In this document: positions 37,491 through 51,490 of the stretch, piece after piece
Numbering within the stretch: position 1 is the stretch's first letter
Layout: every line of letters starts with the position of its first letter
DNA from: Lama glama
Lineage: Eukaryota
NCBI GenBank assembly: GCA_028534125.1
Contig: CM052817.1
Span: 107,758,001-107,822,000, forward strand
DNA: 64,000 nucleotides
Direction: 5' to 3'
Program-made: the position numbers and the translations under genes
Notes under the pieces: generated by a model
Databases searched by the model: none
What the model saw: only the letters and a program-made list of their open reading frames with translations
What the model was told of the DNA's origin: nothing

Positions 37491-38957
37491 GGTTAAGTTC
37501 ATATATTCCACATGTCCGATGTGTCTGTTTCTATTTGAGTGTTACTTGGTTGCATAATAGCCATTAAGCCAATTCAAAACTTTCATGAAAGTAGCAGGAT
37601 GTAAATAATACGTAGCAGAAATTGCTAGCTGCCCCACCAGTGACAGAGCTATCAATGCACAGGAAGTTTGTGACTGTAAAAGGAAACATAATTTGGAAAC
37701 TAGCTTCCACTTCAATGTGGATAATCTCAATTATATGACCAGCAGGTGCCGGTACTAAAATCCTGCAAGTCCTATATCTAGAGTGTGTTTACTCATTGTA
37801 CAATCTTCTAGGGTGTCACTGACCTATATAAAGAGACGGAAAGCGATGTAAACTCTGAAATGGAGCACATGGGATTCGTACAAACTCATTCCAAATAGCA
37901 ACACATGTGCCTTGAATGATGCTGAAGTTTCAGATGAAGAATGTGTACTTTAGGATCTCAGGCAGAGAAAACACTGGATGGCTGCTGCTCCAGTACAGTG
38001 ATTTACCAGCCTTCTTCATGCTCAATTAGAAATTTCTAGAGCACAGAAGTTGTCGAGTCCCCCACAGAGGCTGAAAAGGAGAGCAAAGAACACAGAGTCA
38101 AGCTCCCACCACATTTGGCTGAGTCATTAATTTTAACTGCATTGCAATCTGAGGTCTGATATGAAAGGACTGAAAGAGTCAGAAAGAAGTGGTAAGGTAG
38201 TAGGAACTAGTTAAAAAGTAGGATTCCTGTGACACACTGGAGGCTCACTGGAAAGAGCAGCATTTAAGAAGTTTTGGCTACTTCTGGGAAAAAAAATTAT
38301 GGAAACATTTTTGGGCAGCATTGGATAAACAGCACTGGATAATAAAATAACTAATCATCGAGGGTTTAACAACACGTTCTTCAGTGATGCTGCAACGTTA
38401 AAAAAAATTCCGGTGATGGAATTAGGACTCAAAGATTTTATTAATCATTAAAAATATAATTATTTGCATAGGAGAGTTTCTTCATTCAAAAGAAACTGGA
38501 AAACCCTTCTGATTTGCTTTATGGAAAGTCTCTGGAAACAGAGGGTAAGAAGCATGTCTTCGATACATTTCATAATCACTCACGTTTTGTCCTTCGGGTC
38601 ACTGACGACTGGTCGGGTAATGGCTGTTATCTTCTTTTTCTCCTGGCACGTGGAGGTCCCACTGACATCTGGAAGATAGCTTATTTACAAACATCATTTT
38701 TAAAACGGCAGTCCACTCAAAGACACGGTCTTACAAATGGTTAGAAAAGGAGCAGTCTTACTATGATTTACACAGGGAAATGGATACAATAATAATTTTT
38801 AGTACCTAGCTGAGTGATAGGAAAAAACAAAGACAGCAGTAAGTTATCCACCAGGGAGCCAGCTGAGCACATTTCCAAATGTGTGAACATAACCACGAGG
38901 CAGGATGGGTTCCAGGTTAAGTTACAAAATAAGTGAACTAGGTGAGTATTTCTCTGG

Positions 38958-39495
38958 ACTAGTTATCTATTGCAGCATACCAAATTTTCATTAACCTTAT
39001 TGGGCTAAAAGCAACCCGCATTTATCATGTCATGGTTTCTGTGGATTAGGGATCTGGCATGCTTAGCTGGGTCTTCTGTCACGGGGGTCTCAGGAGGCCA
39101 TGGTCAAGATGTTGACCCATGTTAAGTTCTCATCTGAAGGCTGGACTGGGGAAGGATCTGCTGCTAAGTTTACTTTTATGGCAGTTGGTAAGATTCAGAT
39201 TCTAGAGGATAGTGAGACTGAGGGCCTGGATTCCTGACAGCTGTTAGCTGGAGACCACCCTCAGGTCCTTGCTAATATGGCCACTGACCTCATCAGACCA
39301 GTAAGAGAGCCTACCAGCAAGGCCGACGTCACGTCTGACATGACCTAGTCACAGACCCATACCCTGCCATCTTTGACACGCTCTGCTGGTTAGAAGCAAG
39401 TCATAGGTCCCAGGACACCAATGCAGAGGATATTACACAGGATATAAGGCCAGGAGGTGAGGGGCACCACTGGGGGTCATGATGGGAGCTGTCTT
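38958..39495 (-). mobile_element. MaLR LTR (MLT1E/F-like)
   Basis: gttatctattgc...gcttagctgggtc...catctgaaggctggactggggaaggatctgct... Confidence 0.7.
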
Positions 39496-41164
39496 CTCCA
39501 GGTTCCTTTCCTGCATTCACCACTTCTCTGCCACCTGATTTCTTCATGGGCCTAATCTTGATGAGAAAAAAAAATCTAGCCACATCATCCCTATTAAGGA
39601 AGGAATAATTCTATTTTGTCTGTTTTTAAAGTGTGTACTACCTCTTCTACAGAGACAATGAGGTGACTGGTCACACATGGAGTGGAAAAAAATCACAGCA
39701 AATATAAAGTAGAAGTGACTGTCAAGATGGCATGGAAGAAAAATGGAACTTATTTTTATTAGATACACAAGGCTTTATACAGATATTATTGCTGCCCTGA
39801 GAATTTGGCTTTGATTACCCAGGAAGTTTTAAAGCAGTAAGAAAAAAAATGACTGTTTACATAGTGCTCCATGTCCTTGGATAAAATGTGCATCATTCTT
39901 CAAGGGAAACAAAATCTTGCCTAGTATTTATTCTAAGAATAATGTGTTTTGGTTTGGTTTGATTTTTAATGGGACTTCATGTGAAGGAAACCTAGAGAAG
40001 TCATCGAAATTTTTCCAACAAATGAAAGTATCAGTTCTGATGGGCACTTGTTGGTACATTTTTTTCCTGATAAAATCCAGAGCCTACTTTAAACACATAA
40101 CTTATGGGAAAGGAATTCTGTTGAGGCCAATAAAGTGAGTTTCTCAGGGCTCAGCTTGAGCCCTGAAAATAATTGAGTCTGTGTAGATTCCAAGGTTTGT
40201 GACGAGCTCTGATTCATGGGCACTTGTTTGGCTGGGTTCTGATAACATTTCATCAACGGACATTTGGAAGCTTTACTCTGTAACCAAAGTCAGGTGTGCA
40301 GGTCTGCAGTGCGACAGTTAAGGGTAAATTCACTTGTCTGAGGAAAGTTAACACTCTGAGAAAACAGAAGAAATAACTGCACACCTTAATTTATTTTCCT
40401 GGAAAAAGCAATGGATAAGCTAAATAAATTAATCTGTAATGGTAAAATTTAAACATGGTAACACAGGACTGGGGTCTATGACCTGATGCGTGGCTGTTTG
40501 TGGAAGACAGGTGTCAGCAGGGACCTTCCAGGCCCGAGGCCTTTCCATGAGGGCTTGCCTGCTCACAGACTCCTTTGCTTGAGGGCAATCTGGCAGGATC
40601 GACTTTCTAATCTATTGTGCTTGGGACTCTAGGGGAAACAGGGAACAGAAAAAGAAATAAAGCAGTTGTTACTCCTCAGACACTAAAAATACTGATAGTA
40701 ACAGAACAGAAGGATTAGAGCAACCAATATTTGAGTTCACATTCCAAAATGGAAATAAACTTCAGTATAAATTGATAGGCATTTTTGTCTTTGATTTAAA
40801 TTCTTTTGGTTAATATTTACTCAAGGTAGAAAGGTCAAAAATATGTAGTCTTCTAAAAGAATTGTAGGTAGAGTGACATTATGTGTCTTTTTATTAATAA
40901 TTAAGGAAAAATAAAATTAATAACAGAACTCCCAAGGATGCTGAAATGCGCATATGACATTTTTACGTTTATTCTAAATTTATGTAGGACATGGATGGAC
41001 CAGATCACTCTGATTTTTCTGTTTATTTTGTTTTGATTAAATTAGTATACTTCCCTTTTGTTTTTAAACATACTGTCAGCATCATGAATTTTATTAACAA
41101 ATGTTTGCAGACGCTGTCCTATGTAAAGGTAACTGCCATAGGTCCCAGAATCCATTACTTAAAT

Positions 41165-41201
41165 AAGAAGAAACTAAAAAAAAAAAAAAAAAGAAGAAAC
41201 T
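41165..41201 (+). mobile_element. Solo poly(A) insertion with TSD
   Basis: aagaagaaact (41165-41175) + A-run + aagaagaaact (41191-41201). Confidence 0.7.
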
Positions 41202-44020
41202 AGTTGGAGAATCAGACTACTACTAGTATCCATGATAGATTTATTGTATTTTATATTAAATTTGCATGCATAATGTGTATTGATAAATAATCAATGTCAA
41301 ATGAGCTATGATGTGATGAGCTGTTGACTGTGATGGTGAGAACTGAAGGCAAGTCACTGTGGACTGAAGGGGCCAGCGCCTCATGAGTTCTCTGAAAAGC
41401 TATCGAGACACAGTCTGTATCATAAATAGGCTACTAGAGTCGGGACAGAGTTAGGAGGAAACAGAATCATCTGTCCTGCTTCCTTGACTATTAGCTAAAG
41501 TTATGGAACGTTATTGGAGTGGGTGTTAGTTATATAAGTGGCATAATAATGTATTGGTTTAAAAATGGTCTATTACCAAGAGCCAGCTCTAATACTACAA
41601 GAGAGTTCTTTTTGGAAGGGAGACACATGGCTGTTCGAAACAACATGCATTCTCTTCCCCTCTGAATCAAGGCTGCACAGAGAGGAGCCACGAATCCATC
41701 AGGGCTGGATCAGAGGACACTCATTTACAGCTTAGTTATATTTTGCTACACTGTTTAGATTCTGGAATAAAGACATATGATTAAAGAAGTCTGTTGTGCC
41801 GCAGCTTTCACTGACAGAATGCGAATTGATTTCGTGCCTACTGTGCCAGCAAATGATGCAGAAATCAATGTTTCTTGATTTCGAGAAGCTTTTGCAGGGC
41901 CTGGGAACCCAAATACAAACAGAGCAAACAGTATAAGCACAGACGCAGGGATAGTCAAGTGGGAATATTTCTAGCTGGTTATGATGAACAACACGGAGCA
42001 TAATTCATCTTCCAAAAGCAAAGAACAGAAAGACTTTTGGGAAAGGATCCCAGTTGGGCCCTTTTGCCACCAGATCATTTAAAAATACATCGACTGCTTG
42101 CTATGCTCATTACACTGGCAAAAAAGCTTCTACTATCATATTTACAACTTCATACTATTAATTTAGTATTTGCACAGTACTTGATCATAAGCCATGTTAA
42201 CATTTTATTTCACTTGAGCCTCATAAGAACCATTTGAAGGGGGTCACAGATCATCATCATTGATTCAAAAGATGATCGAAAAAAGTAATGAAAGTAAAAG
42301 TTGAATACATTATTTTCAAATACCCTTCTCTTTTAGAAAAAAAAATGTTTTGCTTTATCTTTTTCATTTCTGGAAGGATATCTGATTACATTTGCTCTTT
42401 CCAGGTGGTTGCGCTGGTTACAAATTATTGTTTGCTTAGTTGTCCCCCAAGGTATCCTTCCCTTTCCCACCCAACTTTTGGCTCCTCAGAGCACGTCAGG
42501 TGGGTTCTACTTGACAGAAGGTGGTTATGATTCAAATTTTCATCACCTCATTAGTTGCTCTTCAAATGTGGTTTGCTGGGGAGGTAAGTAGTCACCGTCT
42601 GCCCCTTGTCAAAATAAGAGAGAGTAAGACTACAGCTGTTTACCTAAAGCTATTCTGTACCCAATGGAGAGAATAAAAATAAATGTTCTCATTTTCAATT
42701 GCCTCAGGAAAAAGCCTAAAGCATCGCTAACCTGGTATTATATTTTCATGAAGTCACTTCTATTAAAATCTCAGGGCCCTGCAAAACATGATTCAGTAGT
42801 TTGTGTTGGTTTCTTACAGAAATAATGTCCAATTATAAAACTTCGAGATTGGCTCAACATGTTTTAATTCATTTAATAATGCTATTGATATCACAAAGAG
42901 ATGAAAAGCATTGATTTATGTGGAAATAGCAGAATACCTTAATGTGTAAACCTGGCTGAGCAACAATGAAAAGGAAAATATAGTTTATTCAACTTTGGAT
43001 CCCTTTTGAGTTTCATAGATAGAGAATTGATATGTATTTGTGATTATTGCAAAAAGACATCTATGGTCACAGGAGGAAAATGAAGAAACAGAAGACTAAG
43101 ACATGTCAGGGTTTACGCTGGAATGTTTTGAGTGCTCACTAAATAGCTCAAAAATTCATGAGATTATGGATAGCACGTATGACTTTCAAAGAAAGTAAAT
43201 ATTTCACCTGGGTGAAGTTAAATATACACAAGTGGTAAGTTTTATCATTTCTCTAACAAATCTCACCCATCTTGATCCCAAGTGTTTTATTAGTGCAAGT
43301 GGCCCTACACTTGATTGCAGGAATTTTGAGTACCTTTTCTGTTGTCTATTTTCTGTTTTACGGGAGTTTTTTTCTTTTTCTACATCTCAGATTAGTGTTT
43401 TGTTTTCGAGTCGGTCAAACTCTTTCACTTTGCCACTTAATCTTTGAGGCTGTCATGGATACAGCTCTCAAGTCCTTCCAGAAAATGTTTAATTTCCTGG
43501 TTTGTGGTGAGAACCTATTCTGTTGTCTAGAGACTTGCCCAAATACAGATCCTGTACTGTTAGGCTGCCCTTGGTGGGTCCACGGAGGTTCTTTTTCCTA
43601 TCAGACTCTCTTTGAATATATTTAGGGCGTGAAGTTTAATATTTTTAATTTCAAGTGGCATGTTCTGATGCTGAGCTCATGGGTATGACGGGGAAAAATT
43701 TAGCTATGCATACCTAGCTCCACTTCACTTCTACCTAGGTGTCATTGATTACTACTGTTATTCGTTGCTAAGTATGGACACTATATGGAAGCCATTAGTG
43801 AGATTTAATTAAACAATACTAAAACTGATCAAAAGGATTAATAGATATTTAGGGATAAATGGTCAGAAATTACATGTCATATCTAAGAAGGACTATTTTC
43901 CCCAGAGCTTAAAGATGGCATAGAAAATCAATAGTAAAGTTATGGTACACATCAGGAAGAAAGAAAAGCTGGTGAGTGATTTTGATAATTATCTCAGAGG
44001 ACAGATTTTGGCCACTAGTC

Positions 44021-44640
44021 TCAAAAAACACCTGCACCCCAATGTTCATAGCAGCACTATTTACAATAGCCAAGACATGGAAATAGCCTAAATGTCCATC
44101 AACAGGTGACTGGATAAAGAAGATGTGGTATATTTATACAATGGAATACTATTCAGCCATAAAAATGACAACATAACGCCATTTGCAGCAACACGGATGT
44201 CCCTGGAGAATGTCATTCTAAGTGAAGTAAGCCAGAAAGAGAAAGAAAAATACTATATGAGATCACTCATGTGTGGAATCCAAAAAAAAAAAGAACATAA
44301 ATACAAAACAGAAACAGACTCATAAACATAGAATACAAACTTGTGGTTGCCAAGGGGGCGGGGGGTAGGAAGGGACAGATTGGGATTTCAAAATTTGTAG
44401 ATATTGACAGGTATATGCAGAATAGATAAACAAGATTATACTGTATAGCACAGGGAAATATATACAAGATCTTGTGGTAGCTCACAGTGAAAAAAAATGT
44501 GACAATGAATATATGTATGTTCAGGTATAACTGAAAAATTGTGCTCTCCACTGGAATTTGACACAACATTGTAAAATGACTATAACTCAATAAAAAATGT
44601 TTAAAAAATTAAAAAAAAATAAGACCTAAAAAAAAAAACC
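44021..44640 (+). mobile_element. L1 ORF2 end + 3'UTR (young subfamily)
   Basis: Encodes ORF2 C-terminal motifs (PMFIAALFTIAKTW.., WYIYTMEYYSAI); 3'UTR like the one at 30086; ends in AATAAA and an A tail. Confidence 0.92.
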
Positions 44641-45137
44641 AGCTGTGGTATATTTATACAACGGAATACTACTCAGCCATAACAATTAATAAAATAATGC
44701 CATTTGCAGCAACATGGATGGACCTAGAGATTGTCATTCTAAGTGAAGTAAGCCAGAAAGAAAAAAAAAACCATATGATATCACTTATATGTGGAATCTA
44801 AAAAAAAAGATAGACAAACTTATTTACAAAACAGAAACAGACTCACAGACATAGAAAACAAACTTATGGTTACCAGGAGGGGAAGGGAGTGGGAAGGGAT
44901 AAATTGGGAGTTCGAGATTTGCAGATACTAAGTACTATATATGAAATAGATATACAAGTTTCTTCTGTAGAGCACAGGGAACTATATTTAATGTCTTGTA
45001 GTAACCTATGATGACAAAGAATAGGAAAACAAATATACGTATCTCCCTATATGACTGAAGCACTGTGCTGTACACCAGAAATTGACACAACATTGTAAAC
45101 TGACTGTACTTCAATAAAAATGTGTTAAAAAATAAAT
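44641..45137 (+). mobile_element. Second tandem L1 ORF2 end + 3'UTR (different subfamily)
   Basis: Restarts at agctgtggtatatttataca; has a distinct 3'UTR variant; AATAAA at ~45113. Confidence 0.92.
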
Positions 45138-45829
45138 AGTTGATTTAGTTGCTTAGCTGAAGTTGTCTGCTCCTTAGGTGTAACTTTGCACCTGTGAGAC
45201 ACTTCCAAGGTGCTAGACCTCGGTCCCCTACACTTGAAATTGTCTTTCCGCGCTGATGTCAGTGCTGTTCTCCACAAGGATACTGTTTGCTGGTGGGAGA
45301 GATCCGGCAGATAGACCGATAGAATGTGCTGGTTTCAGAACTTATTACAACTGCCAAGTCTATGCCTGGAGCGAAGGCCAAGTTTTCCACAGATGAAAGG
45401 TAATTCAGCATTGGCTCTGGGCCCACTTTCCCTCAGGAAAAAAAAACTGCCAATTGAGCTGTTTTGGTTTAAAACAGGATGTCGGGCTAATTTTATCTTT
45501 GTTTTTTTTCTTGTGCTACTTCTTTGTCCAGCTCAGCAATCCGATATTCCTGTTTGGGCATAAGACTGCTGTTCAGAGTGAGGAAATGATGGCCTCATCG
45601 AAAGGACAAATATTCGCTTGGAAATACTAGAAAAGTCATTCTACTCCAGTCCTTCAGCAGCTCTTGTTTTCTTCCAGAGAAATAAGTTTTTGCAGGCACG
45701 TGGCCTTTTTCCATCCTCTCACGCTCCTTAGTGGGGTGTAGGAGGAAGTGGTCTGTGGGAGCATCCTCTCAGAAACGCTGGAGGAGACTTTCTGCCCTGT
45801 CTCCCCTTTTTCCATCCTGTGGTTTGAAA

Positions 45830-46309
45830 TGAGGGGTTCAAGGCAGGCTGCCGCAGAACGGGCCACTTTGGCACCTGGAGATTTCAAGCTGAAGACAGTG
45901 GGGGCCCAGCAGACTCAGGAATAGCTTTTACCTTCCCCTTAACTGCCTAGAAGTATTAAGACAGGGTCTATACCAGGAAGACAGCTGTTACTTGAGATAA
46001 CTTCTTGTATCAGAAGGACTTCCTTGCACGGCAGGACAAACATCTGTTTACCAAACGCTTGCTCTTCTCATCTGCCTGTGAATTGTCTTCCTCCCCTTTG
46101 AAACCCCAGGCCCCTGCCCCCTTTTCTTTAGCTCAGGATGACATATAAATCTTAGTCGCCTGAGTGGCTGGGAGTCTCCTATCTTTATAGGACTCCTGTT
46201 TGTACGTAATTACATTTTTCCCCTGCTATTAACGTGTCTCATGCTAATTTACTTGTTAGGCAAGCCAAAGAACCTAGAAGGGAAGATGGAAAATTTTTTC
46301 CTGCCAACA
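45830..46309 (+). mobile_element. MER34-like ERV1 solo LTR
   Basis: TG...CA termini; tgaggggttca...gccactttggca start and gaacctagaaggg...aaaattttttcctgccaaca end match the recalled MER34 consensus; TATA at ~46144. Confidence 0.72.
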
Positions 46310-47184
46310 GGGACATGGACGTGTTGGCTGGAGCTCCATCTTGGACTGTGGTCCTGAGGGCCACACTTATCAATAAGGGAAGAGAAAGTTATGAGAAGCC
46401 TGTGTGTCTGAGGTCTTTGTAGAGCTTTTCTGCTGGCTTTGTAGTTCAACAAAAGACTTTGTAAACTGCTTTGCTCACCCTGAAACTGTGAAAATCCAGA
46501 CTTACACAAGGAGGGGAATTAAACTTCTGACTCATTCAGGCTATTGCATGTTGAATTTCTTGCTATTCACAGCTGAAACTAATCTTAATTAATACTTGAA
46601 AATCATTTTATCTTAAAGTAATTATTTTCGTTCAAAAATTGTGTTTAAAAAGTTTCATTTTAAAGTAATTAAAAACATTTTTGTGTTTTATTTGTGTGTT
46701 CCAATTGGTCAGGCATGATTAAATGAAGCATGCTATGAATACTCATAAACTTTTTAAAATTACAGTTTGAAAGCCTACTGTAAAGACATTATGGAGTGTT
46801 AAGGAATGCTCTTGAAATACATGTATTTTCAAAGGCAGATTTATTCAAATATGACACAAATCTAGCTTCTGTGTAGTAGTTTAATGCAATTATACATGCC
46901 TGACAATGGTCCTTACAACATCGCTATCAACAAGAATTTAAATAATACTATTTAATTCAATTAAACATTTTCAGATAAAGTAGGGATTTTTATTTGTAAT
47001 TCTAAGGTTCTCCAGCATGGATAACCACATTTACACTAGCAGTGGCCACATAAAAGTTTTAAATTTCATTGCATGAAATACAAACGGGAAAGAATTGTAT
47101 TTAGGATGTTGGTTCCACTAACTTTTTTTTTTTGCACTAATGTAGCTTTAATCAATAAGTCCTACTTTCAGCAAACAGAAGTGG

Positions 47185-47576
47185 GGGCATGGATTGAATA
47201 TTTGTGTTCTGCTAAAGTCCATCCATTAAAGCTCTTCATACCCCAATATGATGGTATTTGGAAATGAGCTTTTGGGGAAGAATTTAGAGTTAGATTAGGT
47301 CATGAGGGTGGGGCCTTCATGGTGAGATTAGTGGCCTTAGAGGATGAAAGAGATCGTTCACCTTTCAGACACATACACTCTGAGGAAAGGCCATGTGGGG
47401 ACACAGTGGGAAGGTGGCCATCTGCAAGCCAGGAAGAGGGTCTCCACCAGCAACCGACCATGCCAGCCCCCTGATCACAGACTTCTGGTCCCCAGAACTG
47501 TGAGAAAATCAATGTCTGTTGCATAAGTCCCCAGTTTGTGTTATTTTGTTTTGGTCACCTGAGCAGACTGAGACTG
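47185..47576 (+). mobile_element. MaLR LTR (MLT1A-like)
   Basis: gatggtatttgga...gtcatgagggtggggcc...ctgcaagccaggaagaggg...ccagaactgtgagaaaat... Confidence 0.85.
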
Positions 47577-48513
47577 GATTATTTGATGATAACACCAGTA
47601 GCCATTGCTTGCTGTGGGAATGGTGAGTCATTTCAGTGGGACGTCTGTCTTGGACACTCCTTGTTGGCAAATTGTAGTCTGCACCGCTGGCTGAATTTTT
47701 CTCTTTCTGGAGCCAGGGTTTTACAGGCAATAATTGGGTTGTATGCAGTACTACCACTGTAGTACCCTTGTTTTAGAAGATCTTTTCAGATACTGACTTT
47801 TCTGTGATATCTGAATTGCTGTGTACAGTAATTGATTTCTTGGAACATTCTTCTAAGTTCTTTCCCCATAACTTTAGGCACATCCTCCTTAGTCTGCCAG
47901 GATGACTGTGTGTCTTCAGGCAGCCCTCTCAGCCCTTCCAGGTGCCTCTGCTTTGTCCTCTTCCTCCTGCCAGCCTTCCTCCCAACTTTGCGGTCTCCCT
48001 GGAAATCAACAGAAAGGAGCAAACGTAGCTCCCACCTCCTTCGAAACAGCCTTCATTTCAAAATTCTGGAGACGTGCGTGAGAGTGTGTTGAGTTTTTAA
48101 TAAGCTTTTCCAGCTGTGATCTACAAACTCCAATTAAATGTCAAGCAGGAAAAAAAGGTGAAGGTATCTTAAGGGATCATGTTCCTAATACTGCTTAAAT
48201 ATCATATTTTATTCATTAGATCATTTTACCTGGAGGATATTTATACTTTAATATGTAGTTGATATTTTAAAATAAGCTGGTTATGCCAATCTTAGTTTTC
48301 AGAATTATAGACACTGACATTTTGCAGGTTTTCTTTGCCAAATGGTAACAAAGCATCAGAGGGTTGTGTTATATGAGGAGCTGATGACAAAGAGAATTCA
48401 GCTGGTATCTCAAGAGTAATCTTATTTTTGGTCACAAAATCAAGATGCTGTTAAAAAGATGCACTATTCAAACTTGCACAGGCTTCACTGTGCTACTTTA
48501 GGCAGGAATTCAA

Positions 48514-48978
48514 TTTTGTTTTTTACACTTTTTAAAATTACCGTATAGTCGGTTTATAATGTGTCAGTTTCTGGTGTACAGCATAATAGTTCAGTCATAC
48601 ATGAACATACATACATTTGCTTTCATATTCTTTTTCACCATAAGTTACTACAAGATATTGACTATAGTTCCCTGTGCTATACAGTATAAACTTATTTATC
48701 TATTTTCTATAGTAGTTAGTATCGGCAAACCTCAAACTTCCAACTTATTCCTTCCCAACCCCTCCCCCCTGGTAGCCATATGTTCGTTTTCTATGTCTGT
48801 GAGTCTGTTTCTGTTTTGTAAATAAGTTTATTTGTCTTTTTTTTTGTTTGTTTTTTTAGTTTCCACAGATAAGTGAGATCATATGGTATTTTTCTTTCTC
48901 TTTCTGGCTTACTTCACTTAGAATGATGATTTCCAGGTCCATCCATGTTGCTGCAAATGGCATTATTTTGACTCCTTA
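48514..48978 (-). mobile_element. Truncated L1 3' end
   Basis: Antisense 3'UTR through the ORF2 end (ccatccatgttgctgcaaatggca). Confidence 0.9.
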
Positions 48979-50088
48979 TATTTTAGTTTTTCCTTTTTGT
49001 CTGTACAGCCAGTGAATAGGTCACTTCATTTTTCAGACCCATGCATTAAATACAGCTCAGTTCTAACTAAAGTTAAATCAGTATTCAACGTGCATCATAA
49101 CCCACATAAAAATCTATCCAATTAATTAAATTAAAGCCCTTTTGTGGCTATTTCTATATAAACAAAGTAGGGAGCATTTTAATAAAATATCTTAGACGAT
49201 ATTTCTTTTTAGGTAAAGAAAACTTAGGGCAAAAAACAAAATTGGGGGTGTTTGAGATTGCCTAGATCAGTTTTTTCTATCTCTCCATCTTTTTCTTGTT
49301 AATTGTAGCATCCCCACCCAGTCTGCATCTTTGCAAATGTGACCATAGTTTTCATAGCTCATAATACACCTTTTAAGTAGGACATAGTTAAAAATATTTT
49401 TCTAGTTCTTAAAAAATATTATTAGGAATTCCATTTAGTAGTTGAATTTTGTTAATACATAATATAGACTCCTTTAATTTTTGAAACAAATATTATAAAT
49501 TAGATTGCTATGATGTCATAAAATATAATTTTCTATAAATTAAACAAGCTGGATCGAGAGAAAATCAAAAGGGGGCATTTTCCAGTGATTATGTTTACAC
49601 TTTGGAAAAATCAAAAACATTACTAATCCATCTATAAGATTATATTCATGTTACATTTCCCTTAAACAAACTCATGTATAGATAACTTTAAAGGAACATT
49701 GATTTTGTAATGGTTGACTATTGGTAATTTAAATGGCTAGCCTGTGTAGGTAAACAGTTTACTCAATGTGTCGTGGCATCTTCCATGACGCAAGGTTCTA
49801 CGTACATCTTACTGTAGTTAATTTGGTTGGATCCACTGACAATACTGTTAATTGAAAGTTTGGCAGATATCCAGGAAAATAATCATGGTTAACTGGTCTA
49901 AAAAGAAAAATGCACATGAAGTATTGCAAAACATAATTCTTTTGCTTCATATTGAAACAAACATATTTTCCTAAGTGTTAGAACAATATACTTCTAAATG
50001 TAGGAGTATTAGACATCACACCACAAATAAACAGTATTGAATCATATTTTTTAAAAAAACCCTGATGTAACATAGTCTCTTTGCAACT

Positions 50089-50367
50089 CAGGGACCAATA
50101 ATTTTTTTTTTCCTTAAGAACAGGAGAGTAAATATTTTAAACTGTCTCAGCTACACAGCTCTGTCCACATAGAGCAAAAGTACTTATAAACAATAGGTAC
50201 ATGAATTAGAGCACTGAAACTTAAATTTTGTATACTTTCCACAGGCCACAGAATAATATTTTGATTTTTTTCAATCATTCAAAAAGGCAAAATCCATTTT
50301 TAGCTTAGGAGCCACAAAACAGATGGCAGGCAGATTTGGCCTTTGATTCATGGTTTGCTGACTCCTG
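50089..50367. mobile_element. hAT-Charlie MITE (MER58B-like)
   Basis: cagg...agtaaatatttt...ggcagatttggcc...gtttgctgactcctg termini. Confidence 0.65.
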
Positions 50368-51490
50368 ATATAAATTATATGCTAGTTTTCATCAATTTTT
50401 TTTTCTTACAATGATATCCTCTCTGGAAATTTGTCATTTTTCTTTTAATTTGTTCCAAAGCCACATGATTGATTCCCTATCACATTCAAAAGCAGATTTA
50501 CATCATACACTATAAAACCCATGTAGTATGCAAGTTTTACAAAGGATCTGAGCAGATTTCACAACATGAAAGGATTACTTATACTTTCTCTGGCATTCTT
50601 TTTTCATAGAATTATTTTCAAAAATTAGGAGAGGCCCTGACTGATTTGGAAATACTGTAACATATAGAAGTTTTATTTCTGAAGAGACTAATGAGACACA
50701 AATCAGCGAACACACATTAAAAGGTCATTATTACACAGCAATTTAAGGAAAAAGAGGTTGGTTTACCCTGGTCGAGAGACCAACATAAGTTATAATGAAA
50801 ATACTTGAAAATTAGTTTTCTACATTTTCCAACTTCTATTATAAGGAGTGAAGCCAAGAGTTTCTCATGATGAAGTTTATTTCTCAACGTACAGCTGAAA
50901 TCAAGGAGGAAATAAATCCCTCTCTTGGAAATGAAAGTCAAAACTTTCAAATGCTGCCTGCTCAAAATCGTTCAGCAGTCGTGTTGGGAAATTTAATATC
51001 CCAAATAGAAGTTTCCGTGGGTAAAATACTGGTATTTACTTGGCTTCTCTCTTTCTTTTTTCATCCATAAAGCTCAGTGTGGGAGGAGAGCCCTGCAAGC
51101 AAGATGAATATAATTCAGTTCAAATCCAATCTTGGAAAGGTTACCAACCTTGCGCCTCCAGCAGTTTCTACAGATTCTCACCTGGTGAAAAATCTATTCA
51201 GGCATTCATTCCTGTATGAGGTCGTAAACTCCAAATAATTTGCTCTACGTGTGACTTTAGATTATTTTAGTACAATTCTAGAAATTAGAATCTAATGAGT
51301 CAGTGCTAAACGACTCAAACAGATAAAATAAACTAATTTGTGTGGATGGAGGTAGGAAGCAATGTCTCTTTAATTTAGGGGACCAATTGTTGATCCAGAT
51401 TATCACGTCAGGAAAGGATATAGACACACACAAAGACACAAGAGCCCATGTTTACTGGTCAAGTGAGTAAAGCCACACCAGATCCAGTTT

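Noticed and set aside
40144..40166. Perfect 10-bp inverted repeat tcagggctca-gct-tgagccctga
   Set aside because: About one such stem is expected by chance in 64 kb, and the half-sites deviate from the estrogen response element consensus.
45339..45399. Possible small exon (cag|AACTT...GAAAG|gtaatt)
   Set aside because: Weak polypyrimidine tract, unrecognised peptide and no partner exons; it would need RNA-seq support.
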